Origin: Candidatus Caldarchaeum sp.
GTDB lineage: Archaea > Thermoproteota > Nitrososphaeria_A > Caldarchaeales > Caldarchaeaceae
Length of the DNA stretch: 64,000 nucleotides
Direction of reading: 5' to 3'
Assembly (NCBI GenBank): GCA_038885755.1
Contig: JAVZZH010000004.1
Location: 68,430 to 132,429, forward strand
Part shown: one piece after another, positions 19,833 to 28,323 of the stretch
Position numbering within the stretch: the stretch's first letter is position 1
How the letters are laid out: every line of letters begins with the position of its first letter
Program-made: the position numbers and the translations under genes
The notes under the pieces: model-generated
Databases searched by the model: none
What the model was told of the DNA's origin: nothing
What the model saw: the letters and a program-made list of their open reading frames with translations, nothing else

Positions 19833-20764
19833 TCGTGGAGGTCAAGTCTCCGGCTAGGCTTCACCTTGGTTTGACGGAGCTCGGTGGTCATTTTGGGCGG
19901 ATGTACGGCGGAGTGGGTGTTGGAGTTGAGCCACCTTCGTGCCGTGTGAGAGTAGAGAGCTGGGATTGGTTTGACGTCGAAGGGCATGAACAGTACTACG
20001 TCAAGAACCTAGCTTCTAAGCTTGAAAAAATCCTCGGCAGGAAACTCGCTGGGAGGATAAGCGTCCTCGAGACTATTCCAGCCCACGTCGGCCTAGGCTC
20101 ACGTACCCAGCTAGCGCTCTGCGTGGCTACAGCCCTATGCAAAGCCAACGGCTTGAACCCCTCAACGCGAGTGCTTGCGGAGGCCCTCGGCCGTGGAAGC
20201 GTTTCCGGAGTCGGGGTGGCGGTGTTCGAAAACGGCGGGTTTGTGGTCGACATGCCCAAGCGAATCAATTCGGGACGTGTTTCAGGCTATCTAAGGATGA
20301 GCTTCCCCGGCGACTGGGCGTTTGCTGTAGCATACCCCTTACATGACAAGGGCCCTTCCGACGAGCAGGAGGCCGAGCTGTTCAGCCGTCTCCCCGCCAT
20401 GCCTGAAGAAAAATGCGCCTCGCTGTCGCACCTAGTGTTGGGTAAGCTGCTGCCAGCCTTGGCCGACAAAGACGCTGTAGAATTCGGAGAGGCGTTGACA
20501 GAGCTGCAGAAAATCGTCGGCTCATACTTTTCACAGGTTCAGGGAGGGGTGTATAAGCGTCCCGAGCCTCTGAAGATTCTGGAGAATTGTGGAGCTCTGG
20601 GCTTGGGCCAGAGCTCTTGGGGCCCGGCTGTCTACGGGTTCTTCAGCTCCTTTCAAGACGCTGAGGAAGCGGTTTCTAGGACACGTGAACAGCTCGGCGA
20701 CGGATGGGTGGTCTTCGCCACGAGGGCAAACAACAAGGGCGCTCAAACTTCAGTCCTGCCTTAG
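19829..20764 (+). CDS. beta-ribofuranosylaminobenzene 5'-phosphate (beta-RFAP) synthase, GHMP-kinase fold
   Basis: N-terminus VEVKSPARLHLGLTELGG..GRMYGGVGVGVEPP and the GLGSRTQLAL motif are characteristic of the MJ1427-type family. Confidence 0.75.
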   Translation: MIVEVKSPARLHLGLTELGGHFGRMYGGVGVGVEPPSCRVRVESWDWFDVEGHEQYYVKNLASKLEKILGRKLAGRISVLETIPAHVGLGSRTQLALCVATALCKANGLNPSTRVLAEALGRGSVSGVGVAVFENGGFVVDMPKRINSGRVSGYLRMSFPGDWAFAVAYPLHDKGPSDEQEAELFSRLPAMPEEKCASLSHLVLGKLLPALADKDAVEFGEALTELQKIVGSYFSQVQGGVYKRPEPLKILENCGALGLGQSSWGPAVYGFFSSFQDAEEAVSRTREQLGDGWVVFATRANNKGAQTSVLP

Positions 20765-21856
20765 CTGTTTTATGATGTTTCCGACCTCGAAGCCGGGCAG
20801 TTTGACGTGGTCGAGGACGGTTCCAGAACATTTCCGTAGCTCGAGAGTCTCAACCAGCTCAGCGTACCTTCCGCCCCCCAGCCCGTCGGCGACCAAAGCA
20901 GCACCCATAGCAACGTCCTTAGCCCGTCTCGCAAATTCATAGACAGGCCGGCGAGCCTTGAGGCCTAGCCTGCGGTCTATAGCTTGGATGATATCCTCCC
21001 TCAGCTCGGGCACTCTGGATAGCCTACCCGTCAAAACAACCTCGTAGGGCTTCGAGTCCATCACCGACGACAAGCCTGCCACAGCCTTGACAACTCCCTC
21101 CACAAAACTTCTCCACCCATCTCTGAAGACCGAGCCGCGCCCCTGAACGAAATCCTCGATGGATACAGAAGAGCCGTAAGCCGTGTAGGAAGCGCCTCCC
21201 GTGAAAAGAATTTTTTTGCTGACCTCGCCCAAGAGATAAGCCAGCTCCCCGTCCATCCCTCCGTGAGACAGGTAGCCCGGCCCGGGGAAACACGTTCCCC
21301 CGAACCCGTCGACGATCCTGCCGTTCTCCACGGCGACCGCAGCGTTGTAGCCGTAGCCCAGCTCGACGCAGACAAGCCTAGTGTCCCCGTACTTGATCCC
21401 CAGCCTTCTGGACTGGTCCCAAACGGCGTAGGCCGCTGAGCAGGTCTTGTCAGCCGTGCCCATGTCGATTCTGTTCGTCTTGCGGTGTTCTGGTACTGAG
21501 GACAGCTGAACGACTCCGGGCACCATGTACGCGTTTATGCCCTCTTCCTTCATCATCCTCAGCAGTCGTCTAACACCGCTGAGCACAGATATCCCCGAGT
21601 CCGTCCTCTTCTCGAGCGTCGTCAGAGCCAAGTCATCGTTGGATAGCTCGGCCACTTTCTTCAACGGAAGGCCGTATCCCGAGGGCCCTGCCACGACGTC
21701 GGGCATGGCTCGTTTAATCACTTGGATGATTTTACCGGTCTCCTCGGCGACGAGCTTCGACGGAAATGTCTCGTCTAAAACAACCCTGTCCACGTCATCC
21801 TCGATGCAGCAGAAGTCGAAGTTCCCTGTCCCCGGGTCTATTCCCAGAGCACGCAT
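20750..21856 (-). CDS. DUF1464-family ASKHA (actin-like ATPase fold) protein
   Basis: The N-terminal phosphate-1 motif is MRALGIDPGTGNFDF. 368 aa. The 3' end overlaps the beta-RFAP synthase 3' end by 15 nt. Confidence 0.55.
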   Translation of the reverse strand: MRALGIDPGTGNFDFCCIEDDVDRVVLDETFPSKLVAEETGKIIQVIKRAMPDVVAGPSGYGLPLKKVAELSNDDLALTTLEKRTDSGISVLSGVRRLLRMMKEEGINAYMVPGVVQLSSVPEHRKTNRIDMGTADKTCSAAYAVWDQSRRLGIKYGDTRLVCVELGYGYNAAVAVENGRIVDGFGGTCFPGPGYLSHGGMDGELAYLLGEVSKKILFTGGASYTAYGSSVSIEDFVQGRGSVFRDGWRSFVEGVVKAVAGLSSVMDSKPYEVVLTGRLSRVPELREDIIQAIDRRLGLKARRPVYEFARRAKDVAMGAALVADGLGGGRYAELVETLELRKCSGTVLDHVKLPGFEVGNIIKQLRQD

Positions 21857-21869
21857 AAGAACCAGCCTG

Positions 21870-22928
21870 TCAGACAGACTTGACCAAGAGCCTCGTAATA
21901 GCAGACGGATCCACGACGCCTTCCTCGATGTTCTTGGCTATCGTCGACAGGTTCCTCACCTCAACCTCCTTCAACACCAGAAAGGCTATCAAAACAGACT
22001 GCTGGAAAGGCGTCTTGTAGAAGCTCTCGACAGCGTAACTGATCTTTGCATTTCTCGCACTTTCCTCGATTGACAACGCCGTCTTGTAAGGCTCGTCCTC
22101 GACGCTGACCTTTCGCAAGTAATCCATCAAAGGAATCTGCTGAAACGCAGCCTTGACGTCATCTGCCGTCAAAAGGTTCTCCACATGGCTCATCTTCAGG
22201 TTAATCGTCTGCGAGGGGAGAAACTCTCTAGCCTGTGGTACTGTAAGCCTCCAGCCTCTAGACCTCAAAGCCGTGGTCAGGGCGTATGTGTCTACATCCA
22301 TCGAGACGAAAGGCCTTAGGTATTTGCGGGCGCTTCTCGGAGTTTTCTTGAACGCCTTGAGCAGCCCTTCAACGTACATCTTGTCAAAGACAGCGTCTAT
22401 GGCTGAAAAATCCCTCCTGCTTTCCCAGACCGCTACGGCTGAAGAGACTAGGGAGGATAGCTCGGTCTTGACGAGCTCGTTCACGGCCTCAGCGATGTCC
22501 TTGGCGGATGTAGCCTTGAGGGCCCTGTCCCTGATGGCGAGGAGCGTTTCAGGATACAGGTCGACGGATTTGAGCACTTCATCCACAGGTTTGTTCATGG
22601 CTTTTCCTTTGAGGATGCTCTTGATGTTGAAGTAGACGTACCTCATGAAATACTGCTTCAGGAGATGGGGCTTGGGCGCGGTCTGCGTAAATCCGTAATG
22701 GACGTAAACTAAGTGTCTCCACAGGGATTTCTCTACTTCTAATGCTGTGAAGGGTTTTTGGAGCTGGGCTAGGAACGGGGCGTACGGCGATGTTCTGAGC
22801 CTATCCACAAAGTCTGTCAGAGACCTCGAGTCGGCCAGCTCCTCCAACACGGCGTAAGGCATAAGCAGCGACCTTAGCGCATAAGCCTTGGCCACCGCAT
22901 ACACAGGGTCGCCTTCAAGCCTCACCAA
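21870..22928 (-). CDS. atpC: A/V-type ATP synthase subunit C
   Basis: 352 aa, all-helical. The N-terminus YAVAKAYALRSLL...TDFVDRLRTSPY is typical of the AC39/subunit C(d) family. Confidence 0.7.
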   Translation of the reverse strand: MVRLEGDPVYAVAKAYALRSLLMPYAVLEELADSRSLTDFVDRLRTSPYAPFLAQLQKPFTALEVEKSLWRHLVYVHYGFTQTAPKPHLLKQYFMRYVYFNIKSILKGKAMNKPVDEVLKSVDLYPETLLAIRDRALKATSAKDIAEAVNELVKTELSSLVSSAVAVWESRRDFSAIDAVFDKMYVEGLLKAFKKTPRSARKYLRPFVSMDVDTYALTTALRSRGWRLTVPQAREFLPSQTINLKMSHVENLLTADDVKAAFQQIPLMDYLRKVSVEDEPYKTALSIEESARNAKISYAVESFYKTPFQQSVLIAFLVLKEVEVRNLSTIAKNIEEGVVDPSAITRLLVKSV

Positions 22929-22953
22929 GGCGGTTAAACTCCATGAAGCTGGT

Positions 22954-23289
22954 CTATAACGTTATCCTGCCCGATAGGATAGACCTCAGAACCAGTTCCT
23001 CAGCCTTCTGCCTCAGCTCCTCCGCTCTTCTCCTCACACGGCCAGCCTCCGAAGACCCTCTGGCGATGATCTCCCTCGCTATCTCCTCAGACCTCTTGAC
23101 CTCTTCAGAGAGAAGACTATCTTCCCTTGCTCTAGCCTCCTCCAGAAGCTTTGTCTTGAGCTTCTCAGCCTCCCTCGCCGCCGTCTCCAAAAGCTCCCTC
23201 CTGTAAGCGATTGCGGATTCCTGAAGCTCGTCCAGCTTCTCCTCGACCTTCTTCAAGAGCTCGACGACTTCCTCAACCTTGGTGGCCAC
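22954..23289 (-). CDS. coiled-coil protein, probable A-type ATP synthase peripheral-stalk subunit (H/G-like)
   Basis: 111 aa, highly charged E/K/R/A coiled coil. It lies immediately upstream of atpC on the same strand. Confidence 0.4.
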   Translation of the reverse strand: MATKVEEVVELLKKVEEKLDELQESAIAYRRELLETAAREAEKLKTKLLEEARAREDSLLSEEVKRSEEIAREIIARGSSEAGRVRRRAEELRQKAEELVLRSILSGRITL

Positions 23290-23349
23290 GACGTAGTTTT
23301 TGAACGGTTGATTATAACCTTATTTCGGACAGGCGGTGAAGTCCTGCGG

Positions 23350-23634
23350 ATGACCGAGCTGGCCGATAGAGTGGTCGAGAGTTTGAAGAGGCTCAGAGAC
23401 CCCGTCTCCGGAGCTCCGGCCATATTTCTAGAATCGTCGGTGGAGGTGAGAGACCTAGGCGGCGGAGTTGTGTTGATTCTGTACGTCTGCAGAGACCCTT
23501 ACTCGCCCAACGTCTTAACGTATGCCGAGGCTGCGAAGACGCTGGCAAGCAGATGTGAGGGGGTTAGGAAAGTCATCGTAGAGGTTAGGAACCACGTTCT
23601 GGCGGATTTCATCAACTTGAGGCTCAGCACATAA
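23350..23634 (+). CDS. DUF59/MIP18-like small protein
   Basis: VVESLKRLRDPVSG...VEVRD pattern with a single conserved Cys. The start is taken at the ATG at 23350. Confidence 0.4.
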   Translation: MTELADRVVESLKRLRDPVSGAPAIFLESSVEVRDLGGGVVLILYVCRDPYSPNVLTYAEAAKTLASRCEGVRKVIVEVRNHVLADFINLRLST

Positions 23635-23679
23635 CTCGCCGCCTTCAACATATTTAAACCAGCGTTGACCGGGTTAGGC

Positions 23680-24873
23680 ATGGCGGCTAACCCAAACCTG
23701 TTCGGCGATAGAACAATACTGATGATACCGGGGCCCTCCGAGCTCCATCCCGAGGTGATGAAAGTTCTAGCCACTCCGATAGTGGCCCACTACGGCCCCG
23801 ACTGGGCTCCTGTCTACGAGGACGCCGTCAAGCTTGCCGCATCGATCTTCAAGACAAAGGCTGAAGTGTTCATGATGCCTGCACCGGGGACGGTGGCGCT
23901 CGAGACCGGAGTGGCGAGTTTGCTCGAGCCGGGGGAGAAGGCGGTGGCGGTCGTCAACGGATATTTCGGGCAGAGGCTTGCCGAGGTCGCCGAGCTTGTG
24001 GGTGCGGATGTTGTCAGAGTATCGGCTGAGGAAGGAAGCGTCGTAGCGCCGAATAAACTAGACGAGGTTCTAAAGGCTCACCGAGATGCCAAGGCCGTCC
24101 TAGCCGTCCAAAACGAGACTTCGACAGGCGTTGTCAACCCCGTTAAGGAATATTCGAAGATAGCCGTTGAAAGGGGTTGTCTTTTCCTGCTTGACGCAAT
24201 ATCTTCGTACGGAGGTGTGGAGCTTGATTTCGACGGTTGGGGTCTCGACTACTGCGTCGGCTACGCTAACAAATGTCTGGGAAGCATACCGGGAACGGTG
24301 CCCGTGGCGGTCAGCGAAAAGGCTTGGGAAGCCTTCCGGAAGAGGAAGACAAAGCCACGTTCATTCTTCACAAACCTAGGCGTTTGGAGGTACTACATGG
24401 ACCAGTGGAAGGGCATAGGCCATCCATACCCGACGACGATAAGCCCCCACGCTGTCCTATGCTTCAGAGCCGCTGCAAAGGCGGCGCTCGACGAGGGGCT
24501 TGACGAAAGATACAGGCGTCACATCCGAGTTGGAGCCGCCTTCAGGAAAGCGATCAGGGCTATGGGGCTGGAGACTTTGCCGGCGGAGGACGTCGCCTCG
24601 CCCACAGTGACGGCTGTGGCGCTGCCGAGCGCAGTATGGAAGGATAGTGGAAAGATAAACCAGATAATGCTGAGGAAGCACAGAATAATGATAGGAGCCG
24701 GCATCTCTTCCCTGAGCGGCAAGATTATACGAGTCGGCCACATGTGCGTCACAGCCAGCTCCAGGTACATCATCCCGACGCTCGCAGCCTTGAGGGATAC
24801 GTTCAAAGAGCTGGGCATCAGCCTGAACGACGGAACAAACGTCTTCGCCGAGGAGATATCGGGGAGGGCTTAG
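23680..24873 (+). CDS. class V pyridoxal-phosphate aminotransferase (serine-pyruvate/alanine-glyoxylate type)
   Basis: N-terminal LMIPGPSELHPEV, mid-region NETSTGVVNP and LLDAISSYGG, and a Lys-containing ANKCLGS segment. The ATG at 23680 is preferred to the TTG at 23665. Confidence 0.8.
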   Translation: MAANPNLFGDRTILMIPGPSELHPEVMKVLATPIVAHYGPDWAPVYEDAVKLAASIFKTKAEVFMMPAPGTVALETGVASLLEPGEKAVAVVNGYFGQRLAEVAELVGADVVRVSAEEGSVVAPNKLDEVLKAHRDAKAVLAVQNETSTGVVNPVKEYSKIAVERGCLFLLDAISSYGGVELDFDGWGLDYCVGYANKCLGSIPGTVPVAVSEKAWEAFRKRKTKPRSFFTNLGVWRYYMDQWKGIGHPYPTTISPHAVLCFRAAAKAALDEGLDERYRRHIRVGAAFRKAIRAMGLETLPAEDVASPTVTAVALPSAVWKDSGKINQIMLRKHRIMIGAGISSLSGKIIRVGHMCVTASSRYIIPTLAALRDTFKELGISLNDGTNVFAEEISGRA

Positions 24874-25244
24874 CGTCTCCTCTGAATGTAGGACGCTACT
24901 GTTATGGCTGCTTGAGAGGCCAGCAGCCCGTCGTAGGCCCAGAGGCTGAACAGGTAGGCTGCGAACTCGGCGTAGGTCGTGCCGAACTCCGGCGCGGTGA
25001 GTATGTCGCCTAGAAAAACAGCAAGCTTCCCAACACCCCAGAAGACCCCTACGTTGGCCGTCCTCCTCCACGCAGCGAGAGCAGCTGCTAGAAGGACGGC
25101 GTCTAGGAACGTGAACACCATCAAACCGTATGCATGGCTTGGAGCGACGGTCCACAGCTCGGCATCGGTGAGCAGCAGAACCAAGCTGAACAGGATCGAG
25201 GATGATAGAGCAAGGACGACGTATACGTATCTCACCGCACTCAC
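24870..25244 (-). CDS. small integral membrane protein (4 predicted TM helices)
   Basis: 124 aa and hydrophobic. The start overlaps the stop of the cupredoxin gene. Confidence 0.5.
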   Translation of the reverse strand: MSAVRYVYVVLALSSSILFSLVLLLTDAELWTVAPSHAYGLMVFTFLDAVLLAAALAAWRRTANVGVFWGVGKLAVFLGDILTAPEFGTTYAEFAAYLFSLWAYDGLLASQAAITVASYIQRRR

Positions 25245-25720
25245 TTCTGAAGAATCTCAATAACTCCCTCCTGACCTCTGTCCCTGTGGCTGGGCCCCGC
25301 TATCGGAGCCACACTGCAGTAGTATTTGAAGGTCCCCGGAAACGAAGCCGTGAACTCGATGACCTGCACCTGCCCCCTCCTCAGTCTTTCAGACTTGACG
25401 TTGTAGGGTGATGGGCTTTTGTCGTCTAGGACGAAGTCGTGCACCACCGGGCCCGAGCCGTTGCCCACTAGCGTCAGCCGTATAAGGTCGCCGACGAATG
25501 CTCTGATGGTGGGCCCTCCACGGGAGGCGTTGTATCCGTAGTCGTTGAGGTAAAGCGTCAGCTCCACAACCCTAGGCACTACCGTCGCCGTGGTAGTCTT
25601 CGTGACGTCCGGAGCCGTTTGCCGAGTAGGCTCAGTGCCGGTCATGATCAGGAATGCACCAAGGCCAGCTGAAACAGCGACAGCGATCACCGCCATGACA
25701 AGTTTGGACCGCATGGGCAT
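25241..25720 (-). CDS. membrane-anchored cupredoxin-like (blue copper) protein
   Basis: N-terminal TM anchor. Candidate ligands are His in PVVHDF and Cys/His in YYCSVAPIAGPSHRDRGQ. Confidence 0.55.
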   Translation of the reverse strand: MPMRSKLVMAVIAVAVSAGLGAFLIMTGTEPTRQTAPDVTKTTTATVVPRVVELTLYLNDYGYNASRGGPTIRAFVGDLIRLTLVGNGSGPVVHDFVLDDKSPSPYNVKSERLRRGQVQVIEFTASFPGTFKYYCSVAPIAGPSHRDRGQEGVIEILQK

Positions 25721-25789
25721 CTAAAGCCACCAAGCCATGATTAATTACTTTTTTCCAAAGTATATTTAGAGGCTTATCGTTTGGTTGTC

Positions 25790-26431
25790 ATGCCCATCCT
25801 CAACGAAAACGACCGCAGGGCGGTTAGGAGCAAGCTCAGCGGCATGTCTTCGGAAGTTGTCATGAGGGTTTTCACTCAGGAGTTTGAATGCCAGTACTGC
25901 AGGGATTTGAGGGAGCTGGCGGAGGAGCTGACGGGCCTTGCCAACGGAAAGATAAAGCTTGAGGTCTATGATTTTGAGAAGGATAAGCAGGCAGCTGAAA
26001 AATGGCGGGTGGACAAGATCCCCGCTCTCCTTCTTCACGGGGAGAAGGAGTTCGGCGTCAGGTATTTCGGCCTACCGGCTGGGTATGAGTTCGCAGCCCT
26101 TCTGGAGGATTTGAACGACGTCAGCAGGGGGAAGTCGAGGCTCTCTCCCTCTACAGTCGAGAAACTGAAGAAAATAAACAGCCCAGTGCACATACAGGTC
26201 TTCGTGACCCCTACGTGTCCCTACTGCCCGAGAGCTGTCAGGACAGCTCACCAGATGGCTTTGGAGAACACGCTCATCACCGCGGACATGGTTGAAGCCA
26301 TAGAGTTCCCCCACTTGGCCAACAAGTACGACGTGATGGCTGTCCCTAAGGTTGTGATCAACGACAGGGTGATGTTTGAAGGAGCTCTGCCGGAGCCGCA
26401 TTTTCTTGATCATGTTCTGATGGCGGTTTAA
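25790..26431 (+). CDS. protein disulfide oxidoreductase (two thioredoxin folds, PDO type)
   Basis: Two CxxC sites (CQYC and CPYC) with thermophile PDO spacing. About 213 aa. Confidence 0.8.
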   Translation: MPILNENDRRAVRSKLSGMSSEVVMRVFTQEFECQYCRDLRELAEELTGLANGKIKLEVYDFEKDKQAAEKWRVDKIPALLLHGEKEFGVRYFGLPAGYEFAALLEDLNDVSRGKSRLSPSTVEKLKKINSPVHIQVFVTPTCPYCPRAVRTAHQMALENTLITADMVEAIEFPHLANKYDVMAVPKVVINDRVMFEGALPEPHFLDHVLMAV

Positions 26432-26465
26432 GCCCTAAATCGTTAAAAATAGGCTTCGACTCTGA

Positions 26466-27386
26466 ATGGGCGGTTTGAAGGCTGTTTGGATGGATGGAGA
26501 GCTTGTTCCGTGGGAGCAGGCCAAGATACACGTCTCCGTCAACGCCCTACACTACGGCTCAGCGGTCTTCGAGGGAATCAGGGGATACTATCACGACAAC
26601 GAGGTTTACGTTTTCAGGCTGAGGGAGCATGTCAAGAGGCTTGTCGACTCTGCTAAAATCATAATGCTGAACAACCCCTTCACAGTCGAACAGCTGGAGC
26701 AAGCGGTCATCCGAACAGTCAGGGAAAACGGCTTCAAGTCAAACATCTACATAAGACCTGTCATCTACGCTGGCGAGAACCTGATGTCTCTAAACGCTTT
26801 CGACCTTCCTGTCCACGCGTTTGTGTTAGTCTTTCAGTTTGAGAAATTCTTCTCGAAGCCGGGTCTGAAAGTATGCGTCTCCTCCTGGCGGAGGCTACCA
26901 GACACCTCGATGCCGCCTAGAGCGAAGGCTTCCGCCAACTACCTCAACTCGATCCTAGCCTCCACCGAAGCCAAGAAAGCAGGCTACGACGAAGCTATTC
27001 TCCTCGACCAGTCAGGATACGTCAGCGAGGGAGCTGGTGAGAATGTTTTCCTAGTCAAGGACGGGGTCGTCCACACGCCTGCGAAGAGTTCAGCGATCCT
27101 AGAGGGCATAACCAGGGACTCGGTCATTACTCTGGCCGGCGACATGGGCTACAAGGTCGTGGAGAGAGCCATCACTAGGACGGAGCTCTACACCGCCGAC
27201 GAGATTTTCTTCACGGGAACAGCTGTGGAGATTCTACCGGTGCTGGAGGTTGACGGCCGAACCATCGGGGACGGCTCTCCCGGACCCGTCACCAAGCAGC
27301 TGATGGAGAAATACTTCAGGACCGTGAGAGGGCTGGAGCCTCAGTACCGTGGATGGCTTACCCCGGTGTACGGCAGAGGGCAGTGA
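26466..27386 (+). CDS. ilvE: branched-chain amino acid aminotransferase
   Basis: 306 aa. HYGSAVFEGIRGY, the ANYLNSILA region and EGAGENVF are fold-type IV aminotransferase motifs. Confidence 0.85.
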   Translation: MGGLKAVWMDGELVPWEQAKIHVSVNALHYGSAVFEGIRGYYHDNEVYVFRLREHVKRLVDSAKIIMLNNPFTVEQLEQAVIRTVRENGFKSNIYIRPVIYAGENLMSLNAFDLPVHAFVLVFQFEKFFSKPGLKVCVSSWRRLPDTSMPPRAKASANYLNSILASTEAKKAGYDEAILLDQSGYVSEGAGENVFLVKDGVVHTPAKSSAILEGITRDSVITLAGDMGYKVVERAITRTELYTADEIFFTGTAVEILPVLEVDGRTIGDGSPGPVTKQLMEKYFRTVRGLEPQYRGWLTPVYGRGQ

Positions 27387-27737
27387 TTGCTTATGGTGTC
27401 GTGCCGGGTTTGCGGTGAATCGGTTGCCTACGTCCTTCTAAGAATGGAGATAGCTAGGTGTTCTAAGGGCCATGAGTTAGGGACGTGGGTTGCGTGCGGC
27501 AACGACAAGGAAAGCCATGTCTACTTGAGGACGGGTGAATCTCCCTGCCCCGTCTGCGGCGTAAACACGTACACACGCATGGCTAAAGGCGTGAAGGTCA
27601 AGTGCATGCATGTGGGGCCTTCGGGCCCGTGCCTCTACCCCTACTACAGCTGGCTTGAGGACGGCCCGCCGTGCCACATGAACCATCTGTCGAAGATCGT
27701 AGTCGTGAAGCATGAAGTTGAGGCTAAAGCTCCATGA
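27387..27737 (+). CDS. cysteine-rich (zinc-ribbon-like) hypothetical protein
   Basis: 116 aa with CRVCG, CSKGH, CPVCG and further Cys/His residues. It abuts the ilvE stop and overlaps the tsaC start by 26 nt. Confidence 0.45.
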   Translation: MLMVSCRVCGESVAYVLLRMEIARCSKGHELGTWVACGNDKESHVYLRTGESPCPVCGVNTYTRMAKGVKVKCMHVGPSGPCLYPYYSWLEDGPPCHMNHLSKIVVVKHEVEAKAP

Positions 27738-28323
27738 GGCGGTAGCTAAAGCCGCGGAGGCGGTGGCTAGGGGGGGCGTGGTTGTCTACCCTACGGAGAC
27801 TGTTTACGGTATTGGATGCAGAGTTTTCGACGCCAAAGCCGTCGAGAGGGTGATGATGATTAAACGGCGTGAAGAAAAGCCGTCGCCGGTTCTGGTCTCA
27901 GACTTCGACCAACTGGTCGAAGTCGCTAGGCCCAACGACAGCGAGCTAGAAGCCTGCTTTAGGCTTTGGCCCGGACCAGTTACTATCGTCATGGAGAAGG
28001 CACCCCAGCTGCCGCCCGTCGTGACTGCGGGGAGGGCCACGGTCGGTGTCAGGATGCCGGCAAACGCCGCGGCCCTGTCTTTAATCCAAAAGTCCGGCAC
28101 CCCTCTGCTCGGAACGAGCGCCAACATCTCCGGAAAGCCTGCGGCGACGTCTCTGGACTTGGTCGAGCCCGAGATAATCAAAATGGTTGACTGCGTCGTA
28201 GACGGCGGCAGGACATTCTACGGAAAACCTTCAACAGTAATTGAGCTGGTTGACGGAGAGGTCAGGGTCGTGCGGGAGGGGGCTTGGACTGTTGAAGAGA
28301 TCCGCTCGAGGCTTAAGAGCTAG
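27712..28323 (+). CDS. tsaC: L-threonylcarbamoyladenylate synthase, YrdC-domain-only form (TsaC/Sua5)
   Basis: GGVVVYPTETVYGIGC, PSPVLV and GTSANISG motifs. 203 aa. Confidence 0.85.
   Translation: MKLRLKLHEAVAKAAEAVARGGVVVYPTETVYGIGCRVFDAKAVERVMMIKRREEKPSPVLVSDFDQLVEVARPNDSELEACFRLWPGPVTIVMEKAPQLPPVVTAGRATVGVRMPANAAALSLIQKSGTPLLGTSANISGKPAATSLDLVEPEIIKMVDCVVDGGRTFYGKPSTVIELVDGEVRVVREGAWTVEEIRSRLKS

Noticed and set aside
24457-25260. A 267-aa minus-strand ORF, and similar long antisense ORFs such as 2745..3278, 31786..32208 and 33300..33674.
   Set aside because: They overlap well-supported genes on the opposite strand or in another frame. They are Arg/Ser/Pro/Cys-rich with no motifs. This is the expected stop-codon-poor artefact of a 57% GC genome.
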